A program made the translations under genes and the position numbers. Shown piece after piece: positions 1-8,457 of a stretch of 64,000 bases of DNA. The notes below the pieces were generated by a model. The model did no database searches, was not told where the DNA came from, and saw nothing but the letters and a program-made list of their open reading frames with translations. The stretch lies in NCBI GenBank assembly GCA_963729895.1, contig CAVSQB010000012.1:1-64000 (forward strand), written 5' to 3'. Origin of the DNA: an uncultured Fibrobacterota bacterium (GTDB lineage: Bacteria > Fibrobacterota > Chitinivibrionia > Chitinivibrionales > FEN-1185). Each line of letters opens with the position of its first letter. Within the stretch, counting starts at the first letter, position 1.

Positions 1-35
1 AATGTTTACAAAAGGGAGACTTTTTCAACACCCTG
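1..35 (-). mobile_element. Left end of a third IS5-family copy, inverted and truncated by the window edge
   Basis: 1-35 is the reverse complement of the IS left end beginning at 289 (CAGGGTGTTGAAAAAGTCTCCCTTTTGTAAACATT) and is followed by CTAG at 36-39. Confidence 0.9.
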
Positions 36-288
36 CTAGATCCGCTACATATAAACCGGCATAAGAGATAAAAACGCTTCCCTTTTCACGTAAGATGCTT
101 TCGAAAGAGTCTTGCGCTGGAATGTTAAGGTCAACGATAACTGCGCGATAGTGAGTCTCTCTCAACAATCTATCCGCTTCCTGTAAGGTACTTGCCCAAA
201 TTGATTTAAATCCTTTAGCCGCTATATATTCTGATAACCAGTCCAAATGCTGTGGTTCATCATCCACAATTAGCAAGGTATCACCTAG
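36..288 (-). pseudogene. Response-regulator receiver (REC) fragment trapped between two IS left ends
   Basis: Reads LGDTLLIVDDEPQHLDWL...AVIVDLNIP..., with the REC DD and phospho-Asp motifs. It is bounded by CTAG plus an IS end on both sides and has no native stop. Confidence 0.75.
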
Positions 289-1600
289 CAGGGTGTTGAA
301 AAAGTCTCCCTTTTGTAAACATTTATCCTTATATTATAGGGGAACCCCAACCAAGGAGTATTGATGAGAGGTTCCCAGCCAGCCCAAGGCGGTATGTTCA
401 GCTTCGTTTCTCCGGATTCCCGAGTGCCGGCAACGCACCCGCTTCGTCGTGTCAAACAGTTTACGGACATAGCGCTGCGCCGCCTTTCTCGTGACTTTGA
501 GGCGATGTACAGCCGGATGGGACGCCCTTCGATACCGCCGGAATGGCTTTTGAAAGCACAGATATTGATGGCTTTGTTTTCGATACGGTCGGACCGGTTG
601 TTTTGCGAGATGCTGGACTATAACATTCTGTTCCGATGGTTTCTTGACATGGATCTGGATGCGGCATCGTTTGATCATAGTGTGTTTTCGAAGAACCGAG
701 ATCGACTTATGGAACAGGAGATTGCGCACCGGCTGATGCAGGAAATCGTGCGTCTTGCTCGTTCCGAAGAGTTGTTGTCCGATGAGCATTTCACGGTTGA
801 CGGCACGTTGATTGAAGCCTGGGCATCGATGAAGAGCTTCAAGCGAAAAGACGCGGAATCGGCGAACAAGACTGACGATGATCGGAGTAATCCGTCGGTT
901 GATTTCCACCATGAGAAGCGAAGCAATGAGACACATCAGAGTTCGACCGATCCAGAGGCGCGGTTGGCTCGGAAGAACAAGAGAACGGGAGCGCAGCTGG
1001 CGTATTCCGGTCACGTGCTGATGGAAAACCGAAATGGGTTGTGTGTTGATATCGCCATTGCGCCAGCGACGGGGACAGCGGAACGGGATATGGCGCTTGA
1101 GCTGATAAAGCATGAACGCAGGCGCGGAAAACGCCGGATGAAGACGGTGGGTGCAGACAAAGGGTATCATGCAACCGAATTTATCAAGAGCCTGCGACGC
1201 CTGCACGTGAAGCCTCACATTGCCGAGAAGGCCAACACTTCGCTTAAAGGGTTGGATGGAAGAACGACTCGGCATAAGGGATACAGCGTAAGTCAAAGGA
1301 AACGAAAACGGGTTGAAGAGATATTTGGGTGGATCAAGAGCGTCGGTGGCCTGCGGAAAACTCGGGTAAGAGGAATACGAATCAACCAGACTGTTGCCTA
1401 CGTGGTTGCCGCAGCGTACAACTTGATACGCATGGTTAAGTTGATGCCGCAAACGGTGGGGGCAGCATGAGAATGGCCTGGGAATCCGGGGAAATGCCTC
1501 GGAACGAGGCAGGTAAAACCTCTCTGACATATGTAAAGTTGAAGTTAGGTTCATAAAAAATCAACAAGAGCGCTTCTGTTAGGACTATTTCAACAACCTG
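289..1600 (+). mobile_element. IS5-family insertion sequence, copy 1 (1312 bp)
   Basis: Terminal IRs CAGGGTGTTGAAAAAGTC (289-306) and GACTATTTCAACAACCTG (1583-1600), 16/18 match. Flanks are CTAG (left) and TTAG (right). Nearly identical to 57901-59212. Confidence 0.93.
361..1470 (+). CDS. IS5-family DDE transposase
   Basis: Motifs GRPSIPPE, HFTVDGTLIEAWAS, TDPEARL, GADKGY, RVEEIFGW; AAGGAG RBS upstream (start 361 TTG or 364 ATG). Confidence 0.93.
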   Translation: MMRGSQPAQGGMFSFVSPDSRVPATHPLRRVKQFTDIALRRLSRDFEAMYSRMGRPSIPPEWLLKAQILMALFSIRSDRLFCEMLDYNILFRWFLDMDLDAASFDHSVFSKNRDRLMEQEIAHRLMQEIVRLARSEELLSDEHFTVDGTLIEAWASMKSFKRKDAESANKTDDDRSNPSVDFHHEKRSNETHQSSTDPEARLARKNKRTGAQLAYSGHVLMENRNGLCVDIAIAPATGTAERDMALELIKHERRRGKRRMKTVGADKGYHATEFIKSLRRLHVKPHIAEKANTSLKGLDGRTTRHKGYSVSQRKRKRVEEIFGWIKSVGGLRKTRVRGIRINQTVAYVVAAAYNLIRMVKLMPQTVGAA

Positions 1601-1605
1601 TTAGG

Positions 1606-2967
1606 TCAGCCATCCGTGGCGAACGCCAGATACGTTTGCGTCCACGCTATGCGGAGTTGATTCCGCCGCGACAGGGCAAGCATCAACCGGCGGGCATGCG
1701 TTATCACGCGTGCTGCTATGTACATAAGATCCTGAATGACCTTCCGCAATCTCCGGCGTGCAACTTTCTTACGCGGCACGTACCCCTTGTCGATTCCAAC
1801 TTGGCCGCAGAGCCGCAGCATGTTGAACGCAAGAACCGCCAACGTCAACACCAATGCGTTGGTCGTGAACTTCCCGCTGGGAAGCCGCTCCAGCGCCATA
1901 TCACTCTTCAGCTCCGAGTGAAACTGCTCGCTGGTGCCATGATCCCGGTACGCTGCAATAACGTCGTCCGGGCCGGCGTTGCGTCTGCTCAGGCTCGTCC
2001 ACCACGTGTGAACCTCTACATCCGGCAGCAGCAAGGCGTTTCCGTCGCGGTCGATTGTCCGTTCGATCACCTCGAACACAACGCGCATGTTTTCGCCGTT
2101 TCTTTCCCGTATTGTCTCACCAACGTACACGGTCTTGCCTTCACGAGGATGACGCCAGTCACCGAGCGCTTGAGCATCCACGAGCCATTCGTCAATAGAT
2201 TCCCTGCGTATGTTCCGTTTGATTATGTAATCGACCTTTTCCTTGCGGCAGACTCGCATGTTTTCAATATCGTCATGTCCGGCATCAAGACGCACAAGGA
2301 TCGAACGATCCGTTATTTTTCGAGCAAGGGCTATGGTCTTGCGCAGAAACTCCGGAGTTCCTTCCTGGCAATGTTGTTTCCCTTCGCGCAACTCCGCGTT
2401 CAGCAGGTAGCCTTCCACGCCTATGTAGGCAAGCATCGGAGAATATCCCTCGAACAACTTGTACGTGCAGCTTACGCCTTCCTTATGAGAACCACTGTTG
2501 TCAAAAGGAGATACGTCAGCGTCAATCGGAATATACGGTCCAAAGCAGGCGGTGAGCCGTGGCGCTGCTTTTTTCAACAGGGACGCCGAAGCGGAAAGGA
2601 CTGCGTTTTGAACGGTCAGGCCCGTTTCGTCCATTCGCTGCCGCAGTGTAGCCTCGGAAGGAACCGCTTTCAATCCAAGCATCTCCTGAAAATAGTCGTC
2701 TTCACGAAACTGCTCGACCCCGTCAAAGTCTGGTTTGGCAAGACACAAAAGCCCCGTCATGGTCAGCAGCGCGTCCGCGGTGCTTATACTCCCGCTCTTC
2801 TTGTCCGGAGTAACCTGCGAAACACGCTCGCGCAAACCGGATCGCTCCGCAAGCATCCCGATCATTGCCATTCCACCATGGCTGGTCAGAAACTCGTCCG
2901 TCTCCGTGATTATCAACTTTCTCGGCTTTGGCATGACACCTTCCGGGTGAATAATGTGAACTGCCAT
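1606..2967 (-). CDS. IS1380-family DDE transposase
   Basis: Motifs LTSHGG, PSEATLRQR, IDADVSPFDNSGSHKEGV, VRLDAG, YRDHGTSEQFHSELKSD, LPSGKF. The IS ends are not recognisable. Confidence 0.88.
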   Translation of the reverse strand: MAVHIIHPEGVMPKPRKLIITETDEFLTSHGGMAMIGMLAERSGLRERVSQVTPDKKSGSISTADALLTMTGLLCLAKPDFDGVEQFREDDYFQEMLGLKAVPSEATLRQRMDETGLTVQNAVLSASASLLKKAAPRLTACFGPYIPIDADVSPFDNSGSHKEGVSCTYKLFEGYSPMLAYIGVEGYLLNAELREGKQHCQEGTPEFLRKTIALARKITDRSILVRLDAGHDDIENMRVCRKEKVDYIIKRNIRRESIDEWLVDAQALGDWRHPREGKTVYVGETIRERNGENMRVVFEVIERTIDRDGNALLLPDVEVHTWWTSLSRRNAGPDDVIAAYRDHGTSEQFHSELKSDMALERLPSGKFTTNALVLTLAVLAFNMLRLCGQVGIDKGYVPRKKVARRRLRKVIQDLMYIAARVITHARRLMLALSRRNQLRIAWTQTYLAFATDG

Positions 2968-3077
2968 TTAGTCAAGCACCATTCACCCTTAATCTACACG
3001 AAAAATCATCAAAATGCCAAAGTTTTTCTCAAGACAGCAAAATAGAAGTGTTTTGAAACAACTCAAAAGGAGACAGA

Positions 3078-3881
3078 ATGAGAACTTCTAATTGGCTTCT
3101 AATGGGTCTACTGTTCTTATTCGGTTACGGCACCACTTCAGCAGCGATTCCGATTACCTTCACTCAAATTTCTTCTACCGTTGTCTCTGAAAACGGGCTG
3201 AGCCTCACCCTATCGATAGACTCAACGACCTATCAGCCGGGACAGCAGATTTCTATTTCAATTACTGAAAAGAACACCCTGGCAACGAAAGACAGCATCG
3301 AAGCAGCTAATGCGTGGTTTGTTCAAGGTTCAAGCATGGGAGGACCTTGCGTGGCAAATTATCCTTTTGGAATATCTATCCTGCAAGGATACTACGATAT
3401 GACAAACGTGTCTTCCATCACTCCGCTCAACCTTTACGACCCGAATATGCCATGGAATTGCCCATTGATCCTAGCAATTAGTGCCTACAATTTTCAACCG
3501 TTAAGCGATACAGCTGCCATCTATCCCTACGACAACCCACTGCCACCTGAGTCGATTCTAATGACCGGCAAGGTTAGTTACACAGGATATTGGGCCGGTA
3601 ATCCACCAACAGCGACCTTCATTAACTTTACCCCTGGTATCTACACCGTGGTTGGAGTTGATGAATGGGGAGCACTTGTTATACTCCATATCACCGTTAC
3701 ACCAGCAACGGCTGTAACATCGTCCCACCAGAAGCTGAATCCTCAAGCAAGAGTAATACCCCAAGGACGCGTTTATAATATCAGAGGAGCATTGGTATCT
3801 TCATCCGGACGGCGAGGACAGATCCCTGGAATTTACTTTATCAAAAGCGGCGGTACTGGACTGTTTACTGTAATCAGGTAA
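3078..3881 (+). CDS. Secreted hypothetical protein with a short C-terminal sorting-like domain
   Basis: AAGGAG RBS, N-terminal signal peptide, Thr/Ser-rich beta body, C-terminal VYNIRGALV...PGIYFIK tail. Confidence 0.8.
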   Translation: MRTSNWLLMGLLFLFGYGTTSAAIPITFTQISSTVVSENGLSLTLSIDSTTYQPGQQISISITEKNTLATKDSIEAANAWFVQGSSMGGPCVANYPFGISILQGYYDMTNVSSITPLNLYDPNMPWNCPLILAISAYNFQPLSDTAAIYPYDNPLPPESILMTGKVSYTGYWAGNPPTATFINFTPGIYTVVGVDEWGALVILHITVTPATAVTSSHQKLNPQARVIPQGRVYNIRGALVSSSGRRGQIPGIYFIKSGGTGLFTVIR

Positions 3882-4049
3882 TCAAGTATATATTTCCCTT
3901 TCCAAGGGGGAAGCGGCCTTTGGGCCGCGGGGATTGTTGCAATTCTCTGATCATAAAATCAAGAATGGAAATGGAACCGCAGATGAAAACCGAAATGAAA
4001 ATCAAACAAAAATGTATGCTTCACAAAACAATAGCAGTGAACTCACTCG

Positions 4050-5159
4050 TCATTTAATAGTCAGAAGTCTTCGCCGCAAATTCCCCTTGGCTTTTTTCCA
4101 CAGTTCCCTCCAGCCGTATCGAGCGAGGTGGTCGCGCACATAATAGAATTCGGCGTAGAAAGGCCGGTCCAAGACCCGCTTTCTTGTCTTGATGTCGATC
4201 AGGCGGCCTTTGCATTCCCTGCAACGTTCCTCAACCAGCCGTCCTTCCATTTCGTTAAGAATGATCCGCTGCGATTTGTCGCCAAGAAAGATCTCTTCCA
4301 ATGAAGATTGATTCACGTTGCCAAGATCAAGCATGCCTTCATGATCGCAGCAGCAGAAGGTGCACGTACCGTCGCACTGTATCACAAACGTATCATGCAT
4401 CATTGAACAACGGCCATGCATGCTCTTTATGACGGTTGTTCCCGGCGGCCTCAGTTGATTGTCCCATGTTCCTTTTGGTTTGATGTATAACGTTGATTTT
4501 TTCCCGAGCGGATAATTAACCGTGGGGTTCACGATGCTTATTTTTGATGGCCGGCTGCCCAGGGAACGGCTCAAGTCATCGTAAAATCGCTGAATTTCCC
4601 TCTTTTCTTTGCGATATTTTGTCAAACTCCATCCGATTGAACGAAGATCGGCAAGACAGTCCAGCTGGACGGAAAGGCCGGCTGCATCCGCTTTTACCAG
4701 GAAATCCATGAGCCTCTTGAAATATTCGTTCCAACTCAACACGTTGCGGGAACGGGAAGCAAATGTTTCCGGACGAATATCCTGCAGGCTGAGAACGACA
4801 ATTCCTTGTTTAAGGCTCTGGATCAATCGTTGCGACCGGTTCTCGTCAAGGAGAGCGCCGTTCGTGAACAGGATCACCGAGAGGCGCAGGCTGTTCGCGA
4901 ATTCGATGGCGTCAAATATGTCCGGGTGAAGTAACGGTTCTCCCAATTGATGAAAGCAAATTGTGCCGGACAGTTTCTTTTCGGCAATCTCGACGAGTAT
5001 CTTCTTCCACATTGAAGGGAACATTCTGGCGCGGGGTCGATGTAACGAATCGCTGGGGCAAAAATCACAGTGAAAATTGCAGGCATTGGTCAGTTCGACA
5101 AAAACATGGGTCCAGAGATAGTTTGACGGTCTTCTGTACGGTTGAAGTTTGTCATTCAT
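4050..5159 (-). CDS. Radical SAM protein with SPASM/twitch domain
   Basis: CNFHCDFC (CxxxCxxC), GEPLLHP, C-terminal C...DGTCTFCCCD...LGNV...CREC. Start placed at MNDKLQ. Confidence 0.88.
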   Translation of the reverse strand: MNDKLQPYRRPSNYLWTHVFVELTNACNFHCDFCPSDSLHRPRARMFPSMWKKILVEIAEKKLSGTICFHQLGEPLLHPDIFDAIEFANSLRLSVILFTNGALLDENRSQRLIQSLKQGIVVLSLQDIRPETFASRSRNVLSWNEYFKRLMDFLVKADAAGLSVQLDCLADLRSIGWSLTKYRKEKREIQRFYDDLSRSLGSRPSKISIVNPTVNYPLGKKSTLYIKPKGTWDNQLRPPGTTVIKSMHGRCSMMHDTFVIQCDGTCTFCCCDHEGMLDLGNVNQSSLEEIFLGDKSQRIILNEMEGRLVEERCRECKGRLIDIKTRKRVLDRPFYAEFYYVRDHLARYGWRELWKKAKGNLRRRLLTIK

Positions 5160-5479
5160 GGTGGACCTGTTCCAAACACGTAATGCTTGACTTATCCGGC
5201 CTTTTCCGCACGGCTCAACGCCTCGACGAAGCTCGGCACAAATATACTTTTTGTCGGGTGGTGCGAAGAGGGCGCCCAGAAAACGGCAACTCGCTTGATT
5301 TAGGAGGGTAAGGCACACCGCTTTGAACTCATATTTCGACATTTTGCCCGATTCCCGCATTATTTCCCACTAATGAATTTCCAGTGTTGTATTTTTTCTT
5401 ATCCGGAACCTTCGCGAAATCCTAAGCTTCAACACCGGCCCTTTCCTGATGCCTGACGTTGAAGCACACCAGAGGCATA

Positions 5480-5595
5480 TTGAAGAACCCCGCCCCAAGT
5501 GGCGGGGATTCTTCCTTGCCCTAGGAAAAAATATTTGTAATTCGCCCGCTCACCCCGCGCCAAGTCTCGGGGATTGCGCGGGCTGAGGCATTCAA
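5480..5595. repeat. Two-hairpin MITE-like palindromic element (TTGAA...TTCAA)
   Basis: Hairpins GAAGAACCCCGCC-ccaagt-GGCGGGGATTCTTC and CCCCG..CGGGG. Related copies at 57172-57229 and 46463-46482. Confidence 0.7.
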
Positions 5596-5996
5596 TGGAC
5601 ATCGAGAGCATAATTCTCCCTTATTATCCCAGGACCCAGGCGATTTACCTGTTCGGGTCTTACGGGTCTGTGGCGGAGCGTTCGGACAGCGACGTTGATA
5701 TCGGTTTGCTTCTTCCGTTTGAAATGGCAAAGCGCGAGGACATGCTTGCAGTTTCCGAATGCCGGTTTGCGTTGGAGGATGCGCTTGGAAACCCGGTGGA
5801 CTTGGTAAACATGAGGCTGGTGAAGACGGTTTTTCAGCACCAGATTATTTTTTCGGGCAGACTGGAATATGTGGGTGACGAATCGGCGAAACGGGAATTC
5901 GAAATGCTTGTATTGTCGTTCTACCAAAAACTCGGAGAAGAACGTCGGAAGATTTTGGAGAATTTCTATTTGACAAAGAGGGCATACGACGTATGA
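5595..5996 (+). CDS. mntA: MNT nucleotidyltransferase antitoxin (type VII TA, MntA-like)
   Basis: YLFGSYGSVAERSDSDVD fits GSX10DXD; VDLVN motif; overlaps the downstream HEPN gene (ATGA). Confidence 0.88.
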   Translation: MDIESIILPYYPRTQAIYLFGSYGSVAERSDSDVDIGLLLPFEMAKREDMLAVSECRFALEDALGNPVDLVNMRLVKTVFQHQIIFSGRLEYVGDESAKREFEMLVLSFYQKLGEERRKILENFYLTKRAYDV

Positions 5997-6409
5997 ACGA
6001 CGTTGTCATCAATAAGATTCAGAGCATTCAACGCTGCGTTGAGCGGGCGAGAGCCGAATACAACAAGAATCCGGAAAGGTTTCCCGAGGATTTCTCCGTG
6101 CAGGATGCTGCCGTCTTGAACATTTTGCGCGGATGCGAGCAGGCCATCGATCTTGCCAACTACATGGTTACGACCTACAAACTGGGCTTGCCCAATTCGA
6201 GCGCCGACAGCTTCGATCTGCTCTGTAACCGGTCGGTCATTGAAAGATCGCTCGCAGATAGGCTGAAGAAGATGGTTGGTTTCAGGAACATGGCCGTCCA
6301 CCAATACGACAAACTGAACATTGCCATTGTGGTGAGCGTCATAACAAAAAATTTGGATGATCTCATTCGGTTCGGCGACAAGATCATGGAGTATTTGAAG
6401 GACAAATGA
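5993..6409 (+). CDS. hepT: HEPN RNase toxin (DUF86/HepT-like)
   Basis: GFRNMAVHQY fits RX4HXY; coupled to the MNT gene. Confidence 0.88.
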   Translation: MNDVVINKIQSIQRCVERARAEYNKNPERFPEDFSVQDAAVLNILRGCEQAIDLANYMVTTYKLGLPNSSADSFDLLCNRSVIERSLADRLKKMVGFRNMAVHQYDKLNIAIVVSVITKNLDDLIRFGDKIMEYLKDK

Positions 6410-6431
6410 TAATGCAAGGAGCATTCCCTTC

Positions 6432-7361
6432 TTGATCTTCTCCACCCTCCTAAACCCCGCCTTTGACGTGATCTACAATGTCGCGTCCCTGACTGTCGGC
6501 GCGACCGTCACCGACGCCGCAAGCCGCATGTACCCGGCGGGAAAAGGCATCAACATCGCGACCGTCGTCAAGACGCTCGGCGAGGACGTCACCGTTGCCG
6601 GCATTGTTCCCGAATACTCGATCAAGCAATTCACGGATTACCTGAAGGCGCAGGCCATCGGCTCCCGTCTGTTTCCCACAAAGGGAAGCGCGCGCGTAAA
6701 CGCGACGATCCTGGAGAGCGCGTCCGGCGGGACCACGCACATCAGCAGCCCGGGCCAGCCCCTTACCGTGCGCGTGCAGGACGAGGCGCTTCATTGTATC
6801 CGGTCGTACATGGCGGAAGGCGACGTATGGGCTTTTTCCGGGAGCCTGCCGCCCGCTTTCGGGAGCGATTCGTACCGGAAGCTCATCCGGTTTTGCCGTG
6901 AAAAGGGCTGTTCCACCTTACTTGACGGAAGGGGAGACACACTCAAGGTGGGCGTGCGCGCCAGGCCGCGCATGATAAAGCCCAATCTGGACGAGCTTGA
7001 GCAGTTTTTTGGCGAGCAGATCCAGGGAGTGCATCATATTGCGCTCAAAGCCAAACGGCTGGTTGACATGGGCGTCGAATACGTATTCGTCTCCCTCGGG
7101 TCCGACGGCATGATAGCCGTTCACGAAAACGACTGTCTCTTGTGCGGATCTCCTTCGGTGAAGGTGGTCGATACCGTGGGGTGCGGCGACGCGTTTGTGG
7201 CCGGCCTTCTTGTCGGGTATTCGAGGAAGTTCTCTTTTTCGGAGATGTGCCGCATGGCGATAGCCTGCGGCGCGTCAAAGGCGATGCATCGCGGGCCGGC
7301 GGCGGTAACTCGCGATGAGGTGTGGCAACTCATGGAGGAAGTGAAGGTGAAGGCGATATGA
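6432..7361 (+). CDS. 1-phosphofructokinase-family (PfkB) hexose kinase
   Basis: [36 protein letters not shown] upstream of a TTG start. Confidence 0.88.
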   Translation: MIFSTLLNPAFDVIYNVASLTVGATVTDAASRMYPAGKGINIATVVKTLGEDVTVAGIVPEYSIKQFTDYLKAQAIGSRLFPTKGSARVNATILESASGGTTHISSPGQPLTVRVQDEALHCIRSYMAEGDVWAFSGSLPPAFGSDSYRKLIRFCREKGCSTLLDGRGDTLKVGVRARPRMIKPNLDELEQFFGEQIQGVHHIALKAKRLVDMGVEYVFVSLGSDGMIAVHENDCLLCGSPSVKVVDTVGCGDAFVAGLLVGYSRKFSFSEMCRMAIACGASKAMHRGPAAVTRDEVWQLMEEVKVKAI

Positions 7362-8311
7362 AAGGTTACAACGAGACGAAACGGATCCTTGTCACGGGCG
7401 GCGCGGGGTTTCTCGGGTCGCACCTGTGCGACAGGCTGGTCAAAGAAGGAAACGATGTGGTGTGTCTCGACAATTACTTTACCGGCCGCAAGAAGAACAT
7501 CGAGCACCTGATCGATTGCCATAACTTCGAGCTCATCCGGCACGACGTGACCGTCCCGCTGTTTCTGGAGGTGGACCAGATTTACAATCTCGCGTGTCCT
7601 GCCTCGCCGATCCACTACCAGTACAATGCGGTAAAGACCATCAAGACGAGCGTGCTCGGCGCCATCAACATGCTCGGACTTGCCAAGCGGGTGAAGGCGC
7701 GGGTGCTGCAGGCGTCGACGTCGGAAGTGTATGGCGACTCGAACGTGCATCCCCAGCGCGAGGATTATTGGGGTCACGTCAATCCGATCGGCATCAGGTC
7801 GTGCTACGACGAAGGTAAGCGCGTCGCGGAAACGCTGTTTTTCGATTACCACCGCCAGAACAATGTCGACATCCGCGTCATGCGCATCTTCAACACCTAC
7901 GGCCCGCGGATGCACCCTCATGACGGCAGGGTCGTTTCGAATTTTATCGTGCAGGCCATCCGGGGCGAAGACCTTACGCTCTATGGCGACGGGTCGCAGA
8001 CGCGATCGTTCTGTTACGTGGACGATCTTATTGAAGGCATGCACCGCCTCATGAACCAGGACGCTTTTATCGGGCCGGTCAACATGGGCAATCCGGACGA
8101 ATTCACCATCAGAGAACTTGCCGAACGTGTGGTGAAGTTGACCGGCGGCAAGTCGGGGATCGTGTACAAGCCGCTGCCGTCGGACGACCCCCGGCAGCGG
8201 TGTCCCGACATTTCGCTTGCAAAGGAACATCTGAAGTGGGAGCCGAAGATCAAACTGGCGGAAGGGTTGAAGAAGACGATAGAGTATTTCAAGGCTTCGC
8301 TTTCCAAATGA
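7358..8311 (+). CDS. UDP-glucuronate decarboxylase-family SDR
   Basis: [50 protein letters not shown]. Confidence 0.93.
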   Translation: MKGYNETKRILVTGGAGFLGSHLCDRLVKEGNDVVCLDNYFTGRKKNIEHLIDCHNFELIRHDVTVPLFLEVDQIYNLACPASPIHYQYNAVKTIKTSVLGAINMLGLAKRVKARVLQASTSEVYGDSNVHPQREDYWGHVNPIGIRSCYDEGKRVAETLFFDYHRQNNVDIRVMRIFNTYGPRMHPHDGRVVSNFIVQAIRGEDLTLYGDGSQTRSFCYVDDLIEGMHRLMNQDAFIGPVNMGNPDEFTIRELAERVVKLTGGKSGIVYKPLPSDDPRQRCPDISLAKEHLKWEPKIKLAEGLKKTIEYFKASLSK

Positions 8312-8340
8312 CAAGGAACCATGCAAAACCCGGAAGAGTC

Positions 8341-8420
8341 CACCGCAAAGGCGCAAAGTACGCAAAGATGAATTATTGTTTTTCTTTGCGGTTCTTGGCG
8401 TCCTCTGCGTCTTTGCGGTG
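8341..8420. repeat. Intergenic imperfect inverted repeat built from ~9-bp units
   Basis: CACCGCAAAGGCGCAAAG...CTCTGCGTCTTTGCGGTG; same style as 33197-33281. Confidence 0.7.
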
Positions 8421-8457
8421 AATCTTGATTTTCGAACGAAGGCATAAGGAGACCATA

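Noticed and set aside
334..1554. 406-aa antisense ORF across the IS5 transposase (also 57946-59166)
   Set aside because: It is a shadow of the transposase frame with no recognisable motifs; its presence in both copies only reflects their near identity.
1636..3045. 469-aa plus-strand ORF
   Set aside because: It is an antisense shadow of the IS1380 transposase.
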